From contig CAYZNH010000002.1 in assembly GCA_964479775.1 (NCBI GenBank), positions 1-41,521 of the forward strand: 41,521 bases of DNA, in the 5' to 3' direction. The notes below the pieces were generated by a model that did not search any database, was not told where the DNA came from, and worked only from the letters and a program-made list of their open reading frames with translations. The stretch comes from an uncultured Candidatus Saccharibacteria bacterium. GTDB taxonomy: Bacteria > Patescibacteriota > Minisyncoccia > Phycocordibacterales > GWA1-40-21. A program made the translations under genes and the position numbers. Below, piece by piece: positions 32,224-40,017 of the stretch. Positions within the stretch are counted from its first letter, which is position 1. The number at the start of each line of letters is the position of its first letter.

Positions 32224-33210
32224 ATGATAGTTTTCTATAGAAAAATTTATTTATTTGTTACAATATTTTTCTTTGTGTTTTCTAACACGTCTTTTTCTCA
32301 AGATAATTCTCTTGTAAGTATATCCTTCTCACCCAAAAATCCTAGCCCAGGACACGAGGTTTCGTTTGAAATAAGTAGTTATTATCTAAACTTAGATATA
32401 TCAAAAATATCTTGGTATGTAGATGGTAATCTTAAAATGGAAGGAGTGGGCGAAACAAAAACAAAGATAAAAGCGGGCAATATTGGACAAACAAAAGAAG
32501 TTAAAGTTATTATCACCAACAAAGATAGTTCTAAAATAGAAAAAATAGTAAAAATCAAACCAATAACAATCAGTATGATTGTTGAACCACAATCATATAC
32601 ACCACCATTTTATAGAGGGAAGACTCTCTTACCATACGAAGGAACAACAAAAATCTCTGTGGTAACAGAAATAACAGACTTAAATGGTAAAAAAATATCA
32701 GAAGACAATATGATTTTTAAATGGTTTGAAAATAGCATATTGAAACAAGGGGGTGTTGGTAAAAAGGTTTTTAATGTAGAAAACAGAATTCCTGTTGATG
32801 GCACAGAAATAAAATTAAAAATATATAATTTAAACGAAGAACTATTAGCAGAGACCTCAAAAATACTCACATACACGTTACCCCAAATAAATATATATGA
32901 AAATAGCCCTATATATGGGATATTATATAACCAAGCCATAACTACAGACTATCTACTCGGGGAAAAAGAAGAAATTAAAATAATTTCAGAACCATTTTTC
33001 TTTGATAATCAAATAGATAACATTAAATATGTTTGGAAAATTAATAATATACTGGTAGAAAAACAAGAAAATAACAACGAACTTATACTTAAAAAAATAG
33101 ATAATGTTTCAAAGGGTGTTGCAAATATATCAATAGAAGCCAAAAATCAAAATAAAATATATCAATCAGCAAAAAATGCTATAAAAATAGGATATGGACA
33201 AGAAGAATAA
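32224..33210 (+). CDS. Secreted protein built from three tandem beta-sandwich-like repeats (operon gene 8)
   Basis: Signal-like N-terminus. A recurring module is marked by ISWYVDGNL / IFKWFENSIL / KYVWKINNIL at roughly 100-aa spacing. Confidence 0.7.
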   Translation: MIVFYRKIYLFVTIFFFVFSNTSFSQDNSLVSISFSPKNPSPGHEVSFEISSYYLNLDISKISWYVDGNLKMEGVGETKTKIKAGNIGQTKEVKVIITNKDSSKIEKIVKIKPITISMIVEPQSYTPPFYRGKTLLPYEGTTKISVVTEITDLNGKKISEDNMIFKWFENSILKQGGVGKKVFNVENRIPVDGTEIKLKIYNLNEELLAETSKILTYTLPQINIYENSPIYGILYNQAITTDYLLGEKEEIKIISEPFFFDNQIDNIKYVWKINNILVEKQENNNELILKKIDNVSKGVANISIEAKNQNKIYQSAKNAIKIGYGQEE

Positions 33211-33598
33211 TAAAAACATATTAGATATTATATATATTGGTATACTACAAACACTAGTGACTCTTTTTCCTATAAAATTACTAGCTGTAGAATATATACC
33301 AATGCAACAAGACCTTGGTATAGGGGCTAATCTTAATACTAGTGATTTATCTTCCTTTGTTGGTGAAATATATAATCTTGGAATCGCAATAGCTGTTGTC
33401 CTTGCTGTATTAGAAATAATGTATGCTGGAATACAATATATGATAACAGATAATGCTGGTAAAAAAGGAGCTAGTATTGAAAGACTTACTGGTGCCTTAA
33501 TTGGTCTCGGATTAGCTATTGCTTCTTATCTAATATTAAACACAATAAACCCACAAATATTAGACTTAGATAGTAATAAACTTATAAATCCAAAATAA
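33194..33598 (+). CDS. T4SS pilin-like protein (VirB2/TrbC-type, two-helix) (operon gene 9)
   Basis: Signal/TM segment, then NLGIAIAVVLAVLEIMYAGIQYMITDNAGKKGASIERLTGALIGLGLAIASYLILNTI. This helix, short charged loop, helix layout is typical of VirB2-type pilins and of the CPR T4SS_pilin family. It overlaps the upstream gene by 17 nt. Confidence 0.75.
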   Translation: MDKKNNKNILDIIYIGILQTLVTLFPIKLLAVEYIPMQQDLGIGANLNTSDLSSFVGEIYNLGIAIAVVLAVLEIMYAGIQYMITDNAGKKGASIERLTGALIGLGLAIASYLILNTINPQILDLDSNKLINPK

Positions 33599-33599
33599 T

Positions 33600-34859
33600 A
33601 TGTCAAAAAGAAACCTTATATTAACAATAATATTAATCTTTATTATACTAATAGTTAGTTTTTTCTATTTTTATTTTTTTAATAATTCAAACAATCAAAA
33701 CATAAATAAAGAACCAACAGAAGAATTTCCTTTCGGCACAACACAAAATGAAGAAACAAATATTAATAACGGGGTAAATGGTGGATCAATATTAAACAAC
33801 CTCTTTGGAAGCAGTACTTTAACAGAGACAGAAAATAATAATCTCATAAAAATCAGACAAATATATAAAAAACCTATATCTGGATTAACTTTTATAGAGA
33901 AGAAGCTTAGGTTTATAGACAGGGCAAGCGGTAATATTTATGATTATCAAACAGAAAACCCAACAATTGATCCTATACGAGTAACCAACACAACAATACC
34001 TAAAATCCAAGAATCAGTATTTTTTAATAGAGGACAAAATGTAATTCTAAGATATATTGATGATTTAAAATCAATAACTAGCTTTATAGGTAAAATAAGT
34101 ACTTCATCTGATCCAAATATTAATGAAATAAACGGTGAATTTCTATCAAAAGACATTAAACAGATTGTTGTTAGTCCATCAAACAATAATATTTTTGAAT
34201 TAGCAGAAAAACAAAACACGGGTGTTTTTGGTTATATATATTCAACAACAACAATAAACAACAAAAAAGAAATCTTTAATTCTCCAATATCTCTCTGGAA
34301 TATTTCTTGGCCAAAAGAAGAAATAATAACCTTCACCACGAAACCAAACCATAAAGACTACGGTTTTATGTTTTTCTTTAATACAAAAACATATTCATTC
34401 GATAGAATATTGGGAGAAATAATTGGTCTAACAACAAACACAAACTCTACGGCAGAAGAGGTTTTCTATTCAGAAAATAAAGTAAACTCACTTAAACTTA
34501 AAATATACGATATTAAAAATTTAGAGAACAAAAGTTTAGAGATTAATACAATTTCAGATAAATGTATTTGGAGTAAGTTTAATAAAAAAATAATATATTG
34601 TGCGGTTCCAAACATTATTCCAAAAGGAAATTATCCAGACGACTGGTATCAAGGAAAAATATCTTTTAATGATAGTTTTTGGAAGATAAATATAGAAGAG
34701 GGGACGACAAAAATAATTTATGAAAATAAAAACAATAGCGGTTTAGAATTAGATGTCATAAATTTAAATATAAGTCCTGATGATAAATATATTTCTTTTA
34801 TAAATAAAAACGACTTGAGTTTATGGTTACTAGATATAAGCGAAAATACACAAAATTAA
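33600..34859 (+). CDS. Membrane-anchored protein with a probable beta-propeller ectodomain (operon gene 10)
   Basis: N-terminal TM (LILTIILIFIILIVSFFYFYFF). The C-terminal SPDDKYISFINKNDLSLWLLDI resembles TolB/DPP-type propeller blades. Tentative. Confidence 0.68.
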   Translation: MSKRNLILTIILIFIILIVSFFYFYFFNNSNNQNINKEPTEEFPFGTTQNEETNINNGVNGGSILNNLFGSSTLTETENNNLIKIRQIYKKPISGLTFIEKKLRFIDRASGNIYDYQTENPTIDPIRVTNTTIPKIQESVFFNRGQNVILRYIDDLKSITSFIGKISTSSDPNINEINGEFLSKDIKQIVVSPSNNNIFELAEKQNTGVFGYIYSTTTINNKKEIFNSPISLWNISWPKEEIITFTTKPNHKDYGFMFFFNTKTYSFDRILGEIIGLTTNTNSTAEEVFYSENKVNSLKLKIYDIKNLENKSLEINTISDKCIWSKFNKKIIYCAVPNIIPKGNYPDDWYQGKISFNDSFWKINIEEGTTKIIYENKNNSGLELDVINLNISPDDKYISFINKNDLSLWLLDISENTQN

Positions 34860-34865
34860 ATTTTT

Positions 34866-34889
34866 AAAAACCGCTTCCAAGCGGTTTTT
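34866..34889. terminator. Bidirectional terminator closing the operon
   Basis: aaaaaccgcttccaagcggttttt. Confidence 0.8.
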
Positions 34890-34892
34890 AAA

Positions 34893-35348
34893 TTATTCTA
34901 TATATTTTATAACGACCCTTCTCTCTCTACCTTCTCCAACAGATTCTGTTTTTATATTTGGTTCATCCGTCAAAAGACCGTGAATAATAAGCCTTTCATA
35001 TGACGACATTGGATCCATCTCAACATTAGCTTTCATATCTCTTGCTCTATTAGCCAGCATTTTTGCCTTAAGCTTTAATTTCTCAAGTAAACCATCTCGA
35101 TAGTCATTAACATCTATCGAAAAGTCGGCCTTATCTTCAAAACCCTTGGTAGATATTTTTCTTATTATATGTGATAAAGCATAAAATGTTTCCCCTCTAT
35201 CTCCAATCAATAATCCTGAATCAGAACTTTTAATAACATAAACCTTATTTTGTGTAATAGGATCTTCTTTTGTTTCGATTCCATCAAATTTAACACCGAG
35301 AGAACTTACGATTTCTTCTATTGTTTTTTTAATTTTTGTATCATCCAT
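34893..35348 (-). CDS. jag: Jag/KhpB-like RNA-binding protein (KH + R3H)
   Basis: LLIGDRGETFYALSHI (KH-like) and YERLIIHGLL...GEGRERRVVI (R3H). It holds the conserved position downstream of yidC. Confidence 0.88.
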   Translation of the reverse strand: MDDTKIKKTIEEIVSSLGVKFDGIETKEDPITQNKVYVIKSSDSGLLIGDRGETFYALSHIIRKISTKGFEDKADFSIDVNDYRDGLLEKLKLKAKMLANRARDMKANVEMDPMSSYERLIIHGLLTDEPNIKTESVGEGRERRVVIKYIE

Positions 35349-35355
35349 TTCTTTT

Positions 35356-36078
35356 TTAATTAATCTTTCTCTTTATATAAAACTCCTGCCCTATAGCAAA
35401 CAAACTACTTGTTATCAAATATAAAGATACTACAATAGGGAAGCTTTTGGCAATAAAGAATATAACAATCGGCATAATATATTTCATCTGCATATTCATA
35501 CTTTTTGCTAATTCGTCTTTAAAATCAGTCTCTTTCTTGTTTTCTACTACTTTTTTATTCTTACCAGATAGAGTAAATTGTGTTTGTATAAATTGTGCAA
35601 AAGCAGCAAAGAAACCAAACATTATACTTTTTTCTGTCATATCTACCCAAAAAAGATTCATATTTACATAATCTGGTATATCAATAAAAAAATATATCAA
35701 ATTTGAATCGATTGTTGGTAAACCACCTCTCAAAAAAACCTGATATAAAGCAATAAGAACTGGTAGTTGTATAAACAACTGTATAATACCAGAAAAAGGG
35801 TTCAACCTTTTTTCTTTATAAATCTGCATAATTTTTTCTGCCTGTAGTTGTTTATTGTCTTTATATTTAATTTTTATCTCGTTCAATTCAGGCTCTAAAA
35901 GTTTCATTTTTACCTGAGTCTTTATGGCTTTTTGAGATAGTGGAAATAATAAAATTTTTACAAAAACAGTAAGTAAAACCACAGCAATACCAACACTGTG
36001 CCATGGAACTATTTTTATAAACAAAACCAAAGCATTATAGAGGGGTTCATAGAAAAATGTACTATATAAGTAATGCAT
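35356..36078 (-). CDS. yidC: Membrane protein insertase YidC (short form)
   Basis: Five hydrophobic helices, PLSQKAIKTQVKMKLLEPELNEIKIKYKDNKQ and NPFSGIIQLFIQLPVLIALY. Follows rnpA. Confidence 0.92.
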   Translation of the reverse strand: MHYLYSTFFYEPLYNALVLFIKIVPWHSVGIAVVLLTVFVKILLFPLSQKAIKTQVKMKLLEPELNEIKIKYKDNKQLQAEKIMQIYKEKRLNPFSGIIQLFIQLPVLIALYQVFLRGGLPTIDSNLIYFFIDIPDYVNMNLFWVDMTEKSIMFGFFAAFAQFIQTQFTLSGKNKKVVENKKETDFKDELAKSMNMQMKYIMPIVIFFIAKSFPIVVSLYLITSSLFAIGQEFYIKRKIN

Positions 36079-36104
36079 TAAAACATTCTATCAAAAATGA
36101 CAGA

Positions 36105-36446
36105 TTATACAATTAATCTAATTATTTTTTCTACATCATTTCTTAGTCCAACCTCACTAAAGGTGTCTTTTTCTTTTTGTTTAAAAATAAATACAAAACT
36201 ATTATTTTTAAAGGTTTTTTTAATTAAATTATTTTCTTCTATAATAGAGGATATTATTCTCTTTATTCTATGTCTACCAACGGATGTTTTTTCACTCTTT
36301 TTAGAAACAACAATAGAAAAACCATTATTTCTTCTATTTAAAATAGAAAGAACTTTAATATAAACAAAAAAACCATTAATAGAAGACCCTTTCTTAATAG
36401 TTTCTTCTATTTCAGCCTTGTTTAATCTAAAATTTCTACTCAACAT
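36105..36446 (-). CDS. rnpA: Ribonuclease P protein component
   Basis: LSRNFRLNKAEIEETIKKG...VGRHRIKRIISSII. The rpmH-rnpA-yidC-jag order is conserved. Confidence 0.9.
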   Translation of the reverse strand: MLSRNFRLNKAEIEETIKKGSSINGFFVYIKVLSILNRRNNGFSIVVSKKSEKTSVGRHRIKRIISSIIEENNLIKKTFKNNSFVFIFKQKEKDTFSEVGLRNDVEKIIRLIV

Positions 36447-36502
36447 ATAATAACAATATTATATCAAATATATAATAAAAAGAGCTTTTTATGCTCTTTT
36501 TA

Positions 36503-36637
36503 TTATACAGTTACTCTTTTTCTACCTTTTTGTCTTCTTCTTTTAATTGTATTTTTTCCATATTTAGTTTTACTTCTTACTAAATATCCGTGAGTTTTCT
36601 GTCTCTTCTTTTTGTTTGGTTGATATGTAAATGACAT
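36503..36637 (-). CDS. rpmH: 50S ribosomal protein L34 (below the ORF-track size cut-off)
   Basis: My own translation of the minus strand: MSFTYQPNKKKRQKTHGYLVRSKTKYGKNTIKRRRQKGRKRVTV, then stop. Confidence 0.93.
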   Translation of the reverse strand: MSFTYQPNKKKRQKTHGYLVRSKTKYGKNTIKRRRQKGRKRVTV

Positions 36638-36800
36638 AATAGGGAAGTATAAATCAAAAAAGTCTTTTTGTAAAGTTTTAAAAAATATTCTTTGATAATA
36701 GAATTAGATATCAACTTTTTATTAACATGTTATAAACAAAAAAAATTTCTGTTTATAAAAACAACAAACTATAATTTACTCATTAATTAATTAAATAAAA
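36638..36800. promoter_or_regulatory. rpmH-dnaA divergent spacer with an inverted pair of degenerate DnaA-box-like 9-mers
   Basis: ttataaaca (36730-36738) and tgtttataa (36750-36758). TATAAT at 36770-36775. Confidence 0.4.
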
Positions 36801-38141
36801 ATGTCAGAAAACAAAATACTTTGGAACAACGTGCTTTCCCAACTCGAACTAAACTTATCAAAAGCTAATTTTAGTATGTGGTTCAAAGATACTTTTATTA
36901 TTAAACAAGACGATGGTGTTGTTTTTCTTGGTGTACCAAACATTTTTGTTAAAGACTGGCTTATAAACAAATATCATAAAGACATTCTAAAAAACTTAAG
37001 AGTTTTTGGTGAACACATAAGAAATGTTGAATATGTTGTAGCAAAAGAGGAAAATAAAAAGGAGACAAAAGAAGATATATTAAATAATTCAGAAAACATT
37101 CTTCCTTTAAATGATTTATATATAAACAAAGAAGATAATCTTAACCCAAAGTATACTTTTGAAACTTTTGTTATTGGACCTTTTAATGAGCTCGCCCATG
37201 CAGCATCTCAAGCTATTCTTAAAAAAACAGCAACATATAATCCACTTTTTATTTTTGGTAGCACAGGACATGGAAAAACACATCTTATACAAGCGGTTGG
37301 TAATTATTTTAAAACAAGAGATTCTACAAAAAAAATCTTTTATATGACATCAGAGAAATTTACCAACGATTATTTAAATGCTTTAAATAACGGAACAATA
37401 AATGCTTTTAAAGAAAGATGTAAAAAATATGACCTTCTTATTGTAGATGATATTCAATTTTTATCTGCAAAAACAAAAACACAAGAAGAATTTTTTAATC
37501 TTTTTAATCACTTTCATGACAATGGTAAACAATTGATTTTTTCTTCTGACAAACATCCTAATTTTATACCTGATATAGAAGAGAGAATTAAGTCTAGATT
37601 CAATGCTGGTATGATTGTAGAGATACAAAAACCAGATTATGAATCAAGAATACAGATTTTTAGAAAAAAATCATCTTTAATGAAAATGAATATTTCTAAC
37701 GATATAATCGAGTTTTTAGCATCATCTGTGGAAGGAAATATAAGGGAACTTGAAGGTATTTTAAATATAATTTCTTGTCAAAGCAGTCTTAAAAACAAAG
37801 AACTTTGTTTAAACGAAATTAAAGATTTAATTAAAAATACATCAAAACCAAAGAAAAATGTTTCTACAAAAGAAATTATTAAAACAATCTCTGATTTTTA
37901 TGGAATAGAAGAAAATCAAATATATGAAAAAGGTAGAAAAAAAGAAATAATTAAACCAAGACAAGTAATAATGTATATTTTAAGAGAAGATTTTGATATT
38001 TCTTTTCCGTCGATAGGGGAGAAGGTTGGAAACAGAGATCATTCAACAGTTATTCATTCTTATGAAAAGATTAAAAATGATATAAAAACAGATCCAGAAC
38101 TAACAGAAGAAATAAACCAGATTAGATCAATGTTGAAATAA
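36801..38141 (+). CDS. dnaA: Chromosomal replication initiator DnaA
   Basis: FETFVIGPFNELAHAA, GSTGHGKTHL (Walker A), LLIVDDIQFL, the sensor region, and the C-terminal DNA-binding domain RQVIMYILRED...GNRDHSTVIHSYEKI. Confidence 0.96.
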   Translation: MSENKILWNNVLSQLELNLSKANFSMWFKDTFIIKQDDGVVFLGVPNIFVKDWLINKYHKDILKNLRVFGEHIRNVEYVVAKEENKKETKEDILNNSENILPLNDLYINKEDNLNPKYTFETFVIGPFNELAHAASQAILKKTATYNPLFIFGSTGHGKTHLIQAVGNYFKTRDSTKKIFYMTSEKFTNDYLNALNNGTINAFKERCKKYDLLIVDDIQFLSAKTKTQEEFFNLFNHFHDNGKQLIFSSDKHPNFIPDIEERIKSRFNAGMIVEIQKPDYESRIQIFRKKSSLMKMNISNDIIEFLASSVEGNIRELEGILNIISCQSSLKNKELCLNEIKDLIKNTSKPKKNVSTKEIIKTISDFYGIEENQIYEKGRKKEIIKPRQVIMYILREDFDISFPSIGEKVGNRDHSTVIHSYEKIKNDIKTDPELTEEINQIRSMLK

Positions 38142-38356
38142 CTATTAATAACTTGTTTATAACATATGAATAAACCTATTAATAAGTTGTTTAAAAAAAG
38201 AGAATAAAAACAAAAAACAATAATTAACAAATAATATTAAACCTAAAATAAACAAAATATAATTATAAAAAAACAAAAAATAGTTTTATAAAATAATATT
38301 AAAATCACTTTATCAACAAATTAACAAACATAGTATTAATAAGTATATAAAAATAT
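38142..38356. promoter_or_regulatory. Candidate oriC / DNA-unwinding region (dnaA-dnaN spacer)
   Basis: Almost devoid of G/C. 19-nt direct repeats ctattaataa(c/g)ttgttta at 38142-38160 and 38176-38194. DnaA-box-like tgtttataa (38154-38162) and ttatcaaca (38310-38318). Confidence 0.5.
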
Positions 38357-39457
38357 ATGAAAATAGAATGCATTAAAGAAAAAATACAATTTGCTATATC
38401 AAAAGCAGAAAAGATTGTTGGTAAAAATATAAATCTACCAGTTCTATCTTGTTTATTACTTGAAACTAAAGGTAATTTTTTGATTATTAGATCAACTAAT
38501 CTTGATTTAGGTTTGGAAATAATAATACCTGTTAAAGTTATAGAGGAAGGAAAGGTTGCTGTTCCTGCAAATATAATAAATACATTTTTAAATAATTTAA
38601 ACGATGATAAAAATATTTTTATAGAAACAATCGAAAATAATTTAAAGGTTTATAATTCAACAAACGAAGCTATTATTAAAACTGTTTCTTTTGATGATTT
38701 TCCTACAGTACCAGTAATAGATGAAGGGAAAACATGTAAAATAAGTTCAAAAGAATTAATAAATGGAATAAAATCAGTTATTTATAGTGCATCAATATCT
38801 ACTATTAAACCAGAACTTTCTAGTATTTATATTTATACAAACGATGATGGTTTAGTTTTTGTTTCCACAGATTCTTTTAGATTGGCAGAAAAAAGTATAA
38901 AAACAAGAAAAACAATAGAATTACCAGGTGTTTTAGTTCCTTTTAAAAACGCCGCTGATTTATTAAAAATTATAGATAATATAAATGAAGAAATTGAAAT
39001 AAATTCAACAAAAAACCAAATATCTTTTAGTTATAATGGATTATATATAGTTTCTAGGGTTATAGATGGAAATTTCCCTGATTATAAACAAATTTTACCT
39101 AAAGAAGAAAAAACAAAAGTTACTATATTAAAACAAGATTTAATAAACTCTTTAAAAATATCAAATATTTTTTCTGATAATTTTAATCAATTAAATATTA
39201 AAATTGATAATAATCAAAAAAATATACAAGTAAAAACAAAAAATTCTAATATTGGTGAAAATATTAATAAAATTAATGCAAATATTGATGGAGAAAATCT
39301 TGAGGTTAATTTTAATTACAAATATATAGTAGATTGTCTGTCTTCTATAGTCTCAGATAGCGTAATTTTGTCATTTAATGGGGTTAATAAACCTTTGGTT
39401 ATAAAAGGTTCAAGTGATAGTAGTTTTACTTATTTGGTGATGCCGATGAATCGATAA
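38357..39457 (+). CDS. dnaN: DNA polymerase III beta sliding clamp
   Basis: 366 aa with a three-domain clamp pattern (STDSFRLAEK, VIDGNFPDYKQILP, C-terminal YLVMPMNR). Directly follows dnaA. Confidence 0.94.
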   Translation: MKIECIKEKIQFAISKAEKIVGKNINLPVLSCLLLETKGNFLIIRSTNLDLGLEIIIPVKVIEEGKVAVPANIINTFLNNLNDDKNIFIETIENNLKVYNSTNEAIIKTVSFDDFPTVPVIDEGKTCKISSKELINGIKSVIYSASISTIKPELSSIYIYTNDDGLVFVSTDSFRLAEKSIKTRKTIELPGVLVPFKNAADLLKIIDNINEEIEINSTKNQISFSYNGLYIVSRVIDGNFPDYKQILPKEEKTKVTILKQDLINSLKISNIFSDNFNQLNIKIDNNQKNIQVKTKNSNIGENINKINANIDGENLEVNFNYKYIVDCLSSIVSDSVILSFNGVNKPLVIKGSSDSSFTYLVMPMNR

Positions 39458-39458
39458 A

Positions 39459-39610
39459 AGCTCGCTTACAGAGTGTTTTGAAAGCACGATATAAATTTTT
39501 TCGTCAAAAAAGTTATTCTCTACTCACTAAATTTTCTACTGAAAATTTCGTTCCGTAAGGCTTTCAAAACACACAGCTTCGCTTGCTAGTGAAAAATACA
39601 AATACAAAAG
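39459..39610 (+). repeat. Repeat family 2, copy D2 (abuts the dnaN stop codon)
   Basis: Closing stem gtgttttgaaagc (39473-39485) / gctttcaaaacac (39560-39572). Inner hairpins aaattttttc-g-tcaaaaaagtt and aaattttc-tac-tgaaaattt. Same linkers and same 26-nt tail as D1. Confidence 0.8.
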
Positions 39611-39681
39611 TGCCCCGAGGGGAGTCTTTGAATCTCCAAAAAGAACTCTACTTAAGATAATTTTTTTGTTATTATATAAAT

Positions 39682-39936
39682 ATGTTCGATATAGCAAAAT
39701 ATTTAGAAAAATTTAAGGTAATGTCCTGTTCTAGGGATTTTTTGAGAAATTCTTTGTCAGAGGCAATAAAAAATATTTGTGGAATAGAAATTGATCCTAA
39801 AAAAATAGATATAAAAGGTGGTTTGGCTAGAATAAATGAAAGACCTATTATAAAAAGTGAAATTTTTATGAAGAAAGAAAAAATACTAAAGTCTCTATCT
39901 GGTGAAGTGGGGGAGAAGGTTAGGGATATTTTTTGA
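39682..39936 (+). CDS. Small conserved-looking protein (84 aa), possibly DUF721/DciA-like
   Basis: Its position after dnaN, small size and alternating hydrophobic pattern (IDIKGGLARINERPIIKSEIFMKKEKILKSL) suggest this family. The assignment is weak. Confidence 0.5.
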   Translation: MFDIAKYLEKFKVMSCSRDFLRNSLSEAIKNICGIEIDPKKIDIKGGLARINERPIIKSEIFMKKEKILKSLSGEVGEKVRDIF

Positions 39937-39968
39937 AGGGAAGAATATTGAATGTAGTAAATACATAT

Positions 39969-40003
39969 AAAAGAAGGGGTTCGCGAAGCGAACCCCTTCT
40001 TTT
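39969..40003. terminator. Bidirectional terminator between convergent genes
   Basis: aaaagaaggggttcgc-gaa-gcgaaccccttctttt. Confidence 0.8.
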
Positions 40004-40017
40004 ATATTCTACATCCA

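Noticed and set aside
23743-34859. Integrative conjugative element or plasmid-derived conjugation module
   Set aside because: There is no relaxase, VirD4-type coupling protein, integrase or direct-repeat borders in or next to the cluster. It is flanked by rsmA and the jag-yidC-rnpA-rpmH-dnaA core block. This cannot be fully excluded without the whole genome.
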